Source of the DNA: Ramazzottius varieornatus
Taxonomy: Eukaryota > Animalia > Tardigrada
NCBI GenBank assembly: GCA_001949185.1
Contig: BDGG01000018.1
Coordinates: 62,001 to 126,000 of the forward strand
Length of the DNA: 64,000 nucleotides
Direction: 5' to 3'
This document shows, piece after piece, positions 12,468-24,291 of the stretch. The first letter of the stretch is position 1. Every line of letters begins with the position of its first letter. The translations under genes were made by a program, and so were the position numbers. The notes beneath the pieces were generated by a model. It saw only the letters and a program-made list of their open reading frames with translations, was not told the DNA's origin and did no database searches.

Positions 12468-13502
12468 ATGGCGGAGTCGACAAAGAAGAAGCGTGGTCGA
12501 CCACCGAAGAAATCTGCTGCCGACAAAGAAGCCGAGAGGATGGAGAAAGAAACTTCCGCGAAGACTGCAGTGGATTATCAGTCGCGTATGGATACGCAGC
12601 TCTTGCGTGTTACCAGTAAAGAAAATCCATTCCGTCACAGCCTAAACAAGCGTAAGGAAAGCTGGTGCTTGATAGCCGTGGAGATGACTGACCACTTCAA
12701 AGGTGAAACCTTCGACGATCGCCGTTGCAGGGAAAGAGTCAAGGTGTTGATGAAAGCTCGTCGTATCGATTCGGAAAAGAAAGTTACAGGAGTCGGATCG
12801 CTTGTCCTGTCTGAAGTAGACACCTTACTGAACAGCCTTATCGAACAAGAAGACTTTACTACGAACAATGCCAGCGCTGAGAAGGAGAAGGAAGAGCAAA
12901 GCAAAGTGCTGGTACAGACCATTCAGAAAGATGCCTTGGCCACCATCAAAAAGCGCACTGTCTTGATTAACGGTATGTGTTGATTGATTGGTTTGAGCTT
13001 TGATTCATCATGTGTTATACAATATAGTAATCACCCCAGTTCACAGTATGCTCAGCATATGAGTCCCTCGATTTCTACTCACAAAGTACCATACTTTTCA
13101 AATTTTGTTTCTACGTTTAGAGTCGGACACAGCGGATGAACAGGACGGTGGCTCACCAGTGAGAAAGAAACCAAGCCCAAAGAAGTTACATCTAGTTGCG
13201 CCGTACAAGAAACGTAAAACGGAACCTGTCGACGAATACTTGGAACTTAAGAAAGCGCAGCAAGTGAACTAGAAATCAAGCTGGAGATGCATCGCGAAAC
13301 GATGCTGGACAACGCTGCTGAACGGAGTGTCCGAAGAGAACTGCTGGAATTTGACAGGGACAAGCTGCGGATGGAAGACGCTGAAAAGGCACGACGATTT
13401 GAACTGGAAAAGCAGGAACGAGAAAGGCGATTTGAGCTGGAGAAAGAAGATCGCAACAGGCAATTTGAATTCATGCGTGAAGTTATGATGAGCAAGAAGT
13501 AG
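12468..13502 (+). CDS. Harbinger accessory Myb/SANT-like DNA-binding protein with coiled-coil tail (one apparent frameshift)
   Basis: Exons 12468-12972 and 13121-13502. Motifs KKRGRPPKK (AT-hook/NLS-like), NPF..RKESWCLIA..CRERVKVL and an E/R/K coiled-coil. The spliced frame stops at ~13270 unless one base is added near 13250. Confidence 0.75.
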
Positions 13503-13527
13503 TGCTTTATTTTTGCATACCGAATTT

Positions 13528-14675
13528 TCAGTTGTCATCCGTGGGGTAGTTCTCTAAGTACTGTAGTAATGTTGGCGGTTCGACGGAGAAGTGGTTAGAT
13601 GTTTGAGATCCATTCAGGCAAGTGTGGCAATTTGTTAGCAAAGTAGAAACCTTGAAGTACATTCCGAGAGGTTGTACGCCTAGCTTCAAGTCTTCCGGAT
13701 AATTATTAAACGTGAACAATGTTCCTATCTTTCCGAAGCCCCACTCAACTGAAACCCTCAGCGTCTTCATTGCTGCATTGCATGCTAGTTCCAACGGAGA
13801 AGCGTTGAACCTGATGGGACCGATGACTTGAGGTGTGGATTTGTAAGCTTGATCACCGTACAGGTAAAATCCACTTTCAAGTGTAGGAGTCCATTTTGGA
13901 CTTTCTCGCATTTGAGTAAGAATTTGACTTCGGTACAACAGTTTTGCATCATGAAAGCTTCCTGGTTCTGGTCCGCACATGATGAACATGATTCCACAAG
14001 GCGCCATTACCCCGGTGTACTTCAGGTCGTGCTCCTTCTTGTATCCAGTGTAGCAGATCTTTTGGGTGGCGTAGTCTGACGAACTGCAAAACATTATTTT
14101 TTTGCCAATGTACAACCAGGAATAGTAATAACTAATAAGAAGGAGAGACCTTACCGACAAATTTCGATATTCGTTCCATCGATAAAGCCCACACATCGAT
14201 CGTACGGTGAACCCTTCCGCGATACCGCCTGTGCCCATAACTCCAGAGTATCGGCGTCAATCCATGGTTGTACAGGAGTTTCCAGTCGCCCGCAGAACTT
14301 GTCGTGAACGTATTTCAGAGTATGATTGAAACAGCGCGATAAAACGGTACGATTCCTGCCGAAAATCTTTTCCAGGTCACAGAGGCGATTAGGGAACGCG
14401 AGCCTCTTCAACAACAGACAAAGTGCTTCCATTCCCGGTATGATGTGATGGCTATCGGTGTACATGATGTCCGGAATCTCTAAGGCATGTTGCAGCAGGA
14501 AAAGTTGAGATTTGGAAAAGCGAAAGTCTTCGAGGCACACTTGGTTAGATATGGTGTCAAGGTCAAAATCACCAGGCCGCATTTTCGCTTGCTCCGACAG
14601 CTGAGATAGATGGACGAGCTCTTCCTCGTCTATATCGCCCTCCTCACACATGGCCACAAGTAGCTTCTTATCCAT
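13528..14675 (-). CDS. Harbinger DDE transposase (DDE_Tnp_4/HARBI1-like), intact, 358 aa
   Basis: Exons 14675-14155 and 14083-13528 splice in frame. Motifs RLAFPNRLCDL..FGR, GFIDGT, YTGYKK.H, GSFHD, YGDQAY and RVSVEWGFG. Confidence 0.92.
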
Positions 14676-15594
14676 GCCGAATGGTCTAAAAGTTTATGTC
14701 GGAAACGAAGAATGTACGGCTGGACCAAAAGCTGATATGAAATTAATACAATTTCTCGTCCAGAGCAAATTTGAATTTTGATTTAGTGGATTGTTCGTTA
14801 GTCGTAAAAAGTCCCGCGCAGTTTGCAACCTCTGGTGGGTTTGAACTAAAGCATTTTTAAACCATCATTTTCAAAAATGATTAGTTGTCGTTTGTTTGAC
14901 CCGTCTCGTGAATTTTGCAAGGTCTCTAATGCCACTTGTTCGCTTGGTTCTGCGTCCACTGCTGCGTGGAAATTTCGTATTGCGTTTCCCTGTTATCTGG
15001 CAGTAAGCCAAGATAAAGTGCACCTATACAGGCTCAGCCCACCACTGGTCACTTGTGCATAGCCTCCTTCACCTTGAGCTTTATTTCGAGCCTAGATCAC
15101 TTTTGCTTTTACCTTGCTCACTGCTCGCATTCTCCTCCAGTCATCCCATTTTATCCTCCTTTTCCGCAACAAAGACCTTCAAAATGGTTTTCATCCCGCT
15201 GTTCATCCTTTTGCTCGCCTTTAGGTCATTCTCCACGAATGCGCTCATGATGGACAAATTGTTGATTGCGGCCGAAGGGCTGGCACCAGCCATCGTCACG
15301 GAAATAGCTCCATTCGGCAAGCAAGTCTTTCCTTTCTTTAGCATCTTCTATTCTCGGGATCTTCTCCACCTTTTCTCGACAAGCTTTCCAGAATCTGCGC
15401 ATTTCTTCGCTGTCGAATATTTTCTGTTGTTACTGGTACTAGTCACCCTCCAGTAAAATATTCGTAAATTATTGACCAGTGGTCGAAAGTCAATTCGGAC
15501 TTCAGATTCGTGTTCCTTGGACTCTGTTTGATGTTGGTACAAGTTCCGTTTAAGTTTGCCCTTGGGGTCCGAAAACTTTAAACTGCGATTTACC

Positions 15595-17067
15595 ATGGAC
15601 TTCGGACGCAGGTCGACAGCGACGTGACAGATTCCGAACCCGAAAAGACGGTCGAGGAAAGAAATGGACAGCGACACTACTGCGCCTCGTCCGAAGTTAA
15701 CCAGCGAAAATGGAAACGTATGAGAGGCTGCTGGCCGTGGATGATAAAATCACCCTATCAGTATCCTCCCGGAAAAGAGTGTACTCTCGCGTGGAAGGTA
15801 GCTCTACGCCATTCTTCAGGAAACACTTATCAGCCTACAGAATCAGAACTCATGCCGGAAACTGAGAAAGAAAACAAGACACAGAAGAAGAAGGACGTCG
15901 ATGCTTTGCATAGTCTTCGGGTTCTTGTTGATCGTAAAGTAAAAGAATTCAACGAGAAGTGTCCAAAGCGCACACGAGAATTTGGCGATGATGTCAATAT
16001 AGTCGACCAAGTGATTCAGTCCCTTGCGGAGAAGAAAGATAATCAGCCCTCGGCTGTACCTAAGGCCGACTAAAGAAGCCCCCGCGCAGTAAACAGAGAC
16101 GAAAGTGTGATTCGTGGAATGAGCACAGGCAACAAGGCTACAGCGCCACTGTATTCTGTCGGCGACAGAGATACCTCAGATGGAGCCGAAGAACACGCTC
16201 AGGATGTCCGAGCTAATTTGGGTAAGACTCTTTTACGACAAGCCAACAACCCTGCGACAGTTGTCCGCGCTTAACCGTTCTTCCTCCTTTCAGCGGAAGA
16301 TTCATCTCAGCCCGTCAGAGGAAAGGCCAAGTTCTTACCGGAACCTAAAGGTAACCCTTTCCGCAAGTGAGATACAGCACATATCTGCAACGGATGAAAC
16401 AGAGCTATATCTATTACACAGACCAGCAAAGCATCCAAAAAAGCTGCGATAGCCACAGCGCATCGGAAAGCTTTAGCGAAAGACGGAGCGGTAGAAGAAC
16501 AACAGTTTCCCGAAGGTTGACCAGCGAAATTCACTTTATAGAATATTTTGATGAAAACAGTTTTTACCTCAACTAAGGGAAAATCTGTGTTTCTGGACGG
16601 ATTCGATTTACTGCGATCCGTTCGAGACGATTGATCCGCGCAGAAACATTCTCATGATACAGCGAGATCGAGACAAAACTTCTAGTCCTTTTAAGCCTTT
16701 GTCTCAAGCGCGGACTTCCGGTGCAGACCTTAGTGTGCTGCTCTGTTCCCGGCAAGATGTTTATCAAAGTGAATGACGCTGGTTCGTCAGCCCTTCATTC
16801 GAGGAACACTCGCCGAATTTGCGCCGCGGATCTATGTTTGGAGACTTTGACAAACTCGAAAGACAGATCGATTTGGAAGAGCGCAAGAACGATCGCGAAT
16901 GGCAGAAAGAGAAGTTCGCGAAAGAACAGGCGCCCAAAGAAAAACAGCTGGAAATTGAGAAAGTGATCCGATTGACCGAAGTTAGAAAACGTGGGGAAGA
17001 TCGCCAGATTCTATTTCAAACTATTACGACTCTGCGAGACGTTCTAATTAACTACGCAGAGAAATGA
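15595..17067 (+). pseudogene. Myb/SANT-like partner gene of the outer Harbinger, decayed
   Basis: SPYQY..LAWKVA..LRVLVDRKVKEF..VDQVIQSL resembles the inner element's partner (NPFRH..SWCLIA..VKVLMK..VDTLLNSL). The coiled-coil tail at 16819-17067 converges on the transposase. Confidence 0.55.
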
Positions 17068-17199
17068 TCTACGGTGGTAGAAAGCGGGTAGATTAAGCTT
17101 AAATAAAGAGAAACCGAAAACGGTTGCTGTTTTTGCGAATATATTTCGATTTCTTACTGCCGGCAAACCAAGCTAATTTTCTTTTACAAAACCCAAGAA

Positions 17200-18310
17200 T
17201 ATTTCAAGAGGCGGAGGACCGACGCCAAATTTTTTCCGGACAAGAGGAAAGCTGTACATGCATGTCATTCAGTCAGTCAGTCAGAACGGCAGTCACTAAA
17301 TATGTTTTAGCCACCTGCTGCCAGTATATTTTCTGATTTTTTTCATAATTTGCGAACGCAGAATCATGTGCTATCGCCATAAAACCGTACTTTACAGTCA
17401 CTCTATTCTGCGACATTGTGTTGTTAAAAGCTGTCTGTTCTTCTGTCGGGTGGCTGCCTTTGTAGGGAACTTGAATCTTTTCACTGAGAGAGGATCCCTT
17501 GTCGCCGGAGAGACACATTTCCCTTCTCCACTTTTCACTGAGGTGGCGCAGTCGCTCGCGCATGTTGCTTTCTCCCAACATGAAACCGTCTTGACGGCGA
17601 CCTGCACAGGGACCATACATATTCGCGATTATACCATCTGGAGTGCATATACTTTGAAACTTCCTGACGTGCGTCCGTGAGTGTCCACTGTATTGCTTCC
17701 TCTGATGTCTTTCGAGACAAAAAATTTCTCGGGCAGTTCCGTCGATGAAGCCCCAACAGTTATCTGTAACAAACAAATGCTCTGGACTTCCAAGCTTTTC
17801 TTGGTATAAACAGACTGCCAAGGACCTGCCATAATACCCACAGGCCCGACGTATGGCATTAGCACGGAGATCCACGCCATGGTTGATCCATGTTTTCTAA
17901 CAGGTGACTGCTTCCTGTATATAGCAGAAACTGGCGTTAAAGATGCGCGGTTCTTTCTCGGCCCAGAAGGTCCATGCAGTCGACCCATCTATTTGAACAG
18001 GTCAGCCGCTTCATTAGCACAGCTAAAGCGAGACTTCTGGAGACGACGATTCGGTTTTCGCCGATGACGACTTCCGATAATTGTAAGGCATCGCGTAGTC
18101 TGCAGAAATCCTGGTAATTCTCCATCCAAAAGTGGCATCGCATCTTTTCTTTCGGCATGTTCACTAAATCGATTTCCTATCTCACGCAGTACCGTTCGTA
18201 TTCGAGAGCAGCATGACAATAAAACATGTCCGTCTGCCATCGTAATAGTCGAATGATCCTCCTTTTGCGACGAGCATAACGAACCCGGAGCGCTTGGACT
18301 CCCGCGCACA
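17200..18310 (-). pseudogene. Harbinger DDE transposase of the outer element, frameshifted
   Basis: Motifs MKRLTCSNRWVD..LGR, CWGFIDGT, QYSGHSRTH..KFQSICTPDGII.NMYGP..GRRQD, GDKG and NRVTVKYGF (catalytic E replaced by K). Multiple frameshifts. Confidence 0.85.
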
Positions 18311-19009
18311 TGTTATCCAAATCGATGAAAAAGCTAGGTGGATGTGGTCGGTGGACAGGACATGTGACCGTTCTCGGCAGAAGACACAACCAGCTACCTG
18401 TGGAAACTGAAGAACTCAGTAAATGGGGGGCTTACAGTTAGACGCAAAACGATATTGGTTGGTTGAAACAACGGCAACCGGAAGTCGGAGAAAAGACACT
18501 GTTCTTTGAGGGGCTCATGCTGGTTTTTCTATTCCAAGTATTCTATTCTGCATTAGAGCTATGGAGGTCCGAAGCATGTAGGTTCAACCGAATCCACCAA
18601 CGGAATGACTTCAGCTGATTGCTAGAAAGAACAGAGTGCGGTCTTCTGCGAGCTCGAAAGGTGAAGTTTCAGTAAAGGGCGTTAAAGAAAGCTTCGACAG
18701 GAGACCGTTCAGCGACAACTGCAGTCATCTCAAAGACGCCGTATCGAAGCAGAACGGAAGACAAGACGAGATATGGTTTACTACTGCGTGAGACCATCGA
18801 AAACTGACAGGAAACAAAAAAAGTAGACGAAGCTCTTTGTATTAATCGACGAAGGCAAAACCCCGCCTGCCCAAATGTACCTGTGGAAAACCATAAAACA
18901 GACCTCACGCCACGAAGACTGTAACGTGAAGTAGAGCTATCAGGCTGAGTGCCCTCACCATCTTAAGGACGATAGAATCGTTGCTGGAAGTCTCGGCGAT
19001 ACAGTGACT

Positions 19010-19934
19010 TCACAGCTCGACCACTGCTAACTCGTTTTCGCGGTTACGCTCATCCTGCCGAACGCGGTCTTCCTTGAAGCGTGGATTTGCCTTGGCTTCG
19101 TCCTCCTTCCTTCTATCGTTCATCAGACGAGCTTCCTCAAGAGCATGGTCTTCCGCGCGTCGCTGGTCTTCTTGCTGGCGCTCTGCACGCACGCGTGCGT
19201 CTCTGACTTCTTTGTCGGCTAAGAAAGCCAGAAAACCGTCACGTCGCGCAGCGTCTCGCATAGGTGGACGGGTAGCTCGGAGTGGCTCAACACATATGCT
19301 CTGATGACGGCCCCACTTCAAACATTTGAAGCAAAACGCGCTTTTACGGTACAGGTCGTCCTGCGTGAGTACTAAAAAAACAGACTGTTTAGAATTTTGT
19401 TTACGCTTACCAGTTGAAAGTACGGTTCTGTGATCGGCAGTCAAGCTCGCAGAGCGAACGCTTACTTTGATTAGCTTTCTGAGCAGGAGGGCGGTATTCT
19501 GGCGCAGAGGTGGATGGGCTGTTGCCCTCGACATGTTCTGTAATCAGGCAGATATACAGGCTGGACGTCTCTTCATGATACTGCTAACAGATCCGTACGA
19601 TACCTTGGTTATCCAAGTTTCCCGCGCGGACTTCCGGCGCATTCTGCTCTCCGTTTAACGTATGTTCCACATCTATTTCAACAAGCATGGCTCCCACCTT
19701 CGTTAGCAGGAAGATCGAAATAAAGAAAGCGATACTGACGGTTGACTCGGCTGTCAATGCGGTGATGAACCTGCGGAAGCGAAACATTCGTGTCAGCTGA
19801 GCTGACAACCGACGAGCTATCGTCCCATTCTTCTGCCGCCGTCTTTCCGGTAACCATGTTGGTAGCGGTCGGGGTGAGTCCGCTTTCTTTTATGGGTGGA
19901 AGTTCTGCAGAGTCTGGATGTTGGAAGATGGCAT
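19010..19934 (-). pseudogene. Spliced gene with a degenerate CCHC zinc knuckle and a coiled-coil, inside the outer Harbinger TIR
   Basis: Three phase-1 GT-AG introns join the exons in frame to ORF 19010-19372, which contains CFKCLKWGRHQSIC followed by an E/R/D-rich helix. The 5' end is frameshifted. Confidence 0.5.
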
Positions 19935-21194
19935 AGGCTAGCAGAAGATCAGTTTAATTATGAGAAAACGGAAAATCAGAAACGGAAAATCGGAGATGAC
20001 TAAATGTGACGGATGTTCGCAGTTGCGCACGTGAAAAGCAAGATGCTCACGTTTCCGTCACCAAAGCCACAACAAAGGTTGATTTAGGGCGGAGTCGATT
20101 CGGTCAAATGTGAGAGTATGTGAGAGTTCGAAACGTGATCGGTTGATTGATTTTGCGCACAGTCCCTAGTGTTTTGTAATTTCAGTTCCATAAAACTGGC
20201 ATTTTTGTTCGGTACCCCGCGCTGGATGGGTAAGCGTCTAGAATGACTCTCTGGTCTTTCGTGTAGACTACGTCGTTCCCGGTATCGAGTACGGATGGCT
20301 GCCGTCAGAACGTCTGTTATGCACTACGAAGGAACCGCGGTACATCGCGTAAGCGTAAACTTGATCCTCAGAAACAGAACCCTAGACAGGCCCACCGGGT
20401 GTTGGTTGCGCTTAAGAGAGGACGTACTCCGCCTCTTTTGCGAAGCACTACGTACGCATTGTAGTCCTGAGCGGCGGTGCAACACGCACCAGCGCACCGC
20501 CGCTCAGTCAGTCGGGCACTTGGGGTGCTTCATAAGGTGAGAAGATGATGCGTCTACGTGCATATCGCGTGCCTCTCATTAACGGTCACTATTTGAATTA
20601 CCGACATCGTGGATTTCAATTGTACATTAAAATATCGTCGCGTCGTGTTATTTTAACGATTGAAATAGCTAATTTAAAATGGTCGAAAATCGACCGTTTT
20701 GAATTTAACTGTGATAGTTAAAATTGGCGAACTCAGCCAACGGATTTTACTATATAGTAAAATTATAGCGAAATTGGCTGGATGGTGGGGTAGTAAAATT
20801 GATAATCAAAATTAGGTCAAACTGCAATTAAAATAAGCCTAAAACGCGGTAAAAGGGCCGAAAGCGTGCGATCTGCGATATTTTTTGCATGATTTTCGTT
20901 GTTTGACACTGGACAACATCCGCAAAACGCAACCTAGGTCCCGCGTATGAGCTCAGTTTGCGCACCGGGTGAAGACCAAGCGCACCAGGTCAAGCGCACC
21001 GGGTCTTGACCGGGTCATGCGAAACGAGCGGCGTACCACATAGTTTCGTCCCGCGCACCGTGAATTGTGCGTTTTGTGCCGCTGCGGTGCATTGGTTCAA
21101 AATCTGAAGAGCTAACAGTGCGTCAGCATGGCGTAAAATGTGCCACGTTGGATCGCCCACAATTGACGTAATTAAAATTTCTGCTGCTCACACA

Positions 21195-21768
21195 TAGGGA
21201 TGTTAATGGTTGGTTAAACGGTTAAACGGTTGGATACACGGTTGGACAAAACTTTATCCGGATACAGTGTGGTTGGTTAAAAGACTTATCCTTATCCAGC
21301 TCTCTGGTTAAAACTTATCCGGATTATCGGGATATTATCCGGTTAAAATTCCGGTTAAAGATTCTCGTCAGTTTTTAGCTGTGAGTCGAAGCTGTCGAAC
21401 CTTCGCTCTGTTTACTCGTCATCGTCAATCATCATCGCAACCATAGCTTCGAAGACATCAGTCCAAGAATTCAAGCATAACATGGCTTGGATGGCTTCAG
21501 GCTCAAGTCGATTACGAAGGACGGTTATGTATCGACCGCTACCAGAAAAGGCACTTTCTGATGGCATGGCAGCCAGACTACAGCTCGTAACCTACACCAT
21601 GTTGCTTTGATTTTCTGATTGATTCGAAGCTCACTAACCGGATAAAATCCGGATCCTATCCGGTTGGTTAAGAGATTTATCCGGCTAATAAGCGGATGGC
21701 TGATATGCTTATCCAATCCGTCTTTTATCCGGATGTATCCGTCGTCGGTTGGTTAATTAACATCCCTA
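21195..21768. mobile_element. Non-autonomous hAT element, 574 bp
   Basis: TIRs TAGGGATGTTAAT/ATTAACATCCCTA with an exact 8-bp TSD CTCACACA. Subterminal ATCCGG/GGTT repeats. Internal remnant of the hAT dimerisation domain. Confidence 0.9.
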
Positions 21769-21906
21769 CTCACACAAGTAAAATCAATACATGATAAAAA
21801 TTTTTACGAGAGCCGTTTCCTGCAATTGAAATTATAAAATTTAGCAGAATTCTAATGATTTTAATAATTAGAATTCCAAAATTCATAGTGAAATAACACT
21901 GGTCGC

Positions 21907-22905
21907 TAGGGTTGTTAATGGATGGATAAACGGTTAAATGGATGGATAAGCGGATGGGTAAGAAATCCGGATACCATTTGGATAGATAAAAGGTTTATGC
22001 GTATCCAGCTTCTTGGATAAAACTTTTATCCGGATTATCCGAATATTATCCGGTTAAACCAATTAGATACAAACTATATGTTCAATGATTAGAGCCAAAC
22101 CGAAACTACCAAACTCTGTAGCGTATCTGTTCATCGTCTGTCATCATTGCTACCATAGCTTCAAAAACCACCGTTCAAGAGTTCAGACATAACATGGCCT
22201 GAAGGGCCTCAGGTTCTAGGCGGCTACGAAGGACTGTAACGTATCGACCACAACCAGAGAATGCACTCTCAGGAGGCACAGAAGAAGCCTGTGCAGCCAG
22301 AACATCCTTCGCAATGCGGTATAATGTCGGATAGCGGCTTTCCGACATGCTCCAAAATTCCAGGACATCTCTTTTGACTGATTCCTTTGGATCCAGAAAG
22401 AATTGGTCATCTTCGTTAAACTGGGAGTCTACTGCCGAAGTGACTTGCGCCATCATCCGTTCGCAGATAGGCAGCTGCGTATTCGGAGGTGGAGCAGTAG
22501 ACATCTCGGCAATGTCGGTCTTCCTCTTTGGCTGTAATAAAAACAACTTACAAACAGCAGGACCAATAGTTCGTAAGAACGGAAGAGTGTAACGAAAAAC
22601 AATGTTCAATCAGTCGACTTCCGATAAGCTTGTAACAGCAGAGATTGCGCATCGTTATGATTCTTCCAGACTGCTACGTAACGTTAGTCAGACGAGTTGG
22701 GCTGTTCTGCTTTGATTGTCTGTTTTATTGATTCAGGTAGGTTCATCCGAATAAACCTCAGATGGATAGAGATGTTATCCGGATCATATCCGGATGGATA
22801 AGAGTTTCATCCGATTCGGAGCTGGATGGATAAAATTCTTATCCAATCCATGTTTTATCCGGATATCCGGATAAATCCGTTGCGGATGGATAATTAACAT
22901 CCCTG
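21907..22905. mobile_element. Non-autonomous hAT element, 999 bp, retaining the dimerisation-domain ORF 22175-22609 (-)
   Basis: TIRs TAGGGTTGTTAAT/ATTAACATCCCTG, TSD CTGGTCGC/ATGGTCGC (7/8 match). ORF contains VLEFW..RYPTLYRIAKDVLAAQASSVPPESAFS..RSRLEPE. Confidence 0.9.
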
Positions 22906-23198
22906 ATGGTCGCGTCTCAACGATTGCAGTTCAATCCCGATTAACATCGAGATGCACAATCCAAAATTTTTAATTTGAATTGCTGTATCGGACTCCGAAA
23001 ACAATGATCAAGAGCTGATCTTAATTTTCTGAAACGGCCAAGTTGGCCCGCGTGGCGATTTAAGAACTATGGCCGTTAAAAAATCACCAAGAGCTGTTGG
23101 ATGAATTGGCCAGGAGGCTAAATGTACCACCGATCGGTAGATGATACAGAGCTTATATGACAAAATCTGCCCTGAACGGCCAGCGCCCGGGACCCCGA

Positions 23199-23810
23199 CA
23201 GTGCTGGCAACGATACGGTATACCGATATCGTATCGAAATATATCGAATCTTTGCGATAAAATATACGGCAGATATCGTATCGAAAATATCGATACGAAA
23301 CTCGTATCGAATAATGCAATAAAATGTTCGGCAATATCGTATCGCACCATATCGATATATTTTCGATATATCGATATTTTGCTGAATGGCAAACTCGTCA
23401 GTAATATCTCGTTTAACGGAAGATCATGGTTTCAAAACTTGGTTTTGGCCATGGTGGACCGAGCACACTCCACCAATTCGGTTGTGGTACTAATTCTGTC
23501 CAGGTTTCCATGTGTTTGAAGTCTTGGTATAATCATATCTATGCTGCATCCGACGCTTTCGATCTGACTAATACTCCATGTGGAAATCGCCTTCTTGTTT
23601 TTGGGCTTGAACCAGTGGAATTCCGAAAAACTAAAATTCCAGAAATATCGATACATCGCTGCGATATGATACGATATATCGAAAATACGGTAACGGAAAA
23701 ATATCGTATCGAAATATCGATATCGAATGAATATCGAAGACCGCGATAAAATATCCGCCGATACTTACCGAAAATATCGTATCGAATTTATCGTGTTTTT
23801 GCCAGCACTA
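23199..23810. mobile_element. hAT MITE, 612 bp, with ATATCGAT/TATCG subterminal repeats
   Basis: TIRs CAGTGCTGGCAA/TTGCCAGCACTA with an exact TSD GACCCCGA. Internal VSMCLKSW remnant of the hAT C-terminus. Confidence 0.9.
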
Positions 23811-24291
23811 GACCCCGACCTCGGATGACAGTGCAATGCACTGACAGTTCACTGAGTGCATAACTGTACAGTGTACGACAAAATAAACCGTAAAGAATGG
23901 GTGTTGGATGGAACCAGATGGATAATGCCAATGAAATTTGCGCATGCAGCAAAATATAATTCTCATTGGCCGAGTGGTAAATAATCTCCAGCCGCACTAT
24001 AACGTCCATTTTAAACGATTAATTTGTCGTACACTGTACAGTACAGCAGTGCAGCTGTCAGCTGTGCAGCGGCCGCGAGCCGGGGACCGGGGGCATCTAA
24101 ACGCACAGGTCGATCGAAATTTCACCCCTAACTTAGTTTCAGACTACACGTACGCGTACTGTTGTCGAAGTTCCTTCATGTCTTCCGCTTCCAATTCGAA
24201 AGGATCCGTTCGGAAGTGCAGGAAACAGCCTCTAATCCTGAGGGACTAGCTGGTCCGTAGTGTCGTTGACGGCCCTGGCAGGAGAGCAAGG

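Larger units (their letters stand above)
12023..14927. mobile_element. Young full-length PIF/Harbinger (Pangu-like) transposon, 2905 bp
   Basis: Perfect 40-bp TIRs AGAGACCTTGCAAAATTCACGAGACGGGTCAAACAAACGA (12023-12062 and 14888-14927). 3-bp TSD AAT (12020-12022, 14928-14930). Two convergent genes. Confidence 0.95.
8702..20166. mobile_element. Old PIF/Harbinger-type element, ~11.5 kb including nested insertions
   Basis: Imperfect ~85-bp TIRs (TAGACTGCGTGCGCAAAATCAATCAACCG.. at 8702 versus the reverse complement GGGACTGTGCGCAAAATCAATCAACCG.. ending 20166). TAG duplication at 8699-8701 and 20167-20169. The flanks rejoin as one hAT end. It contains a decayed Harbinger transposase and a Myb-like partner. 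Confidence 0.65.

Noticed and set aside
15055-15456. Hydrophobic ORF resembling a secreted or membrane protein
   Set aside because: It is explained as the antisense of purine-rich decayed sequence inside a transposon. No family motif or splice support.
21195-23810. Short repeats (ATCCGG, ATATCGAT) resembling an array or CRISPR
   Set aside because: They are irregular subterminal repeats inside TIR/TSD-bounded hAT elements. There is no repeat-spacer periodicity and the context is eukaryotic.
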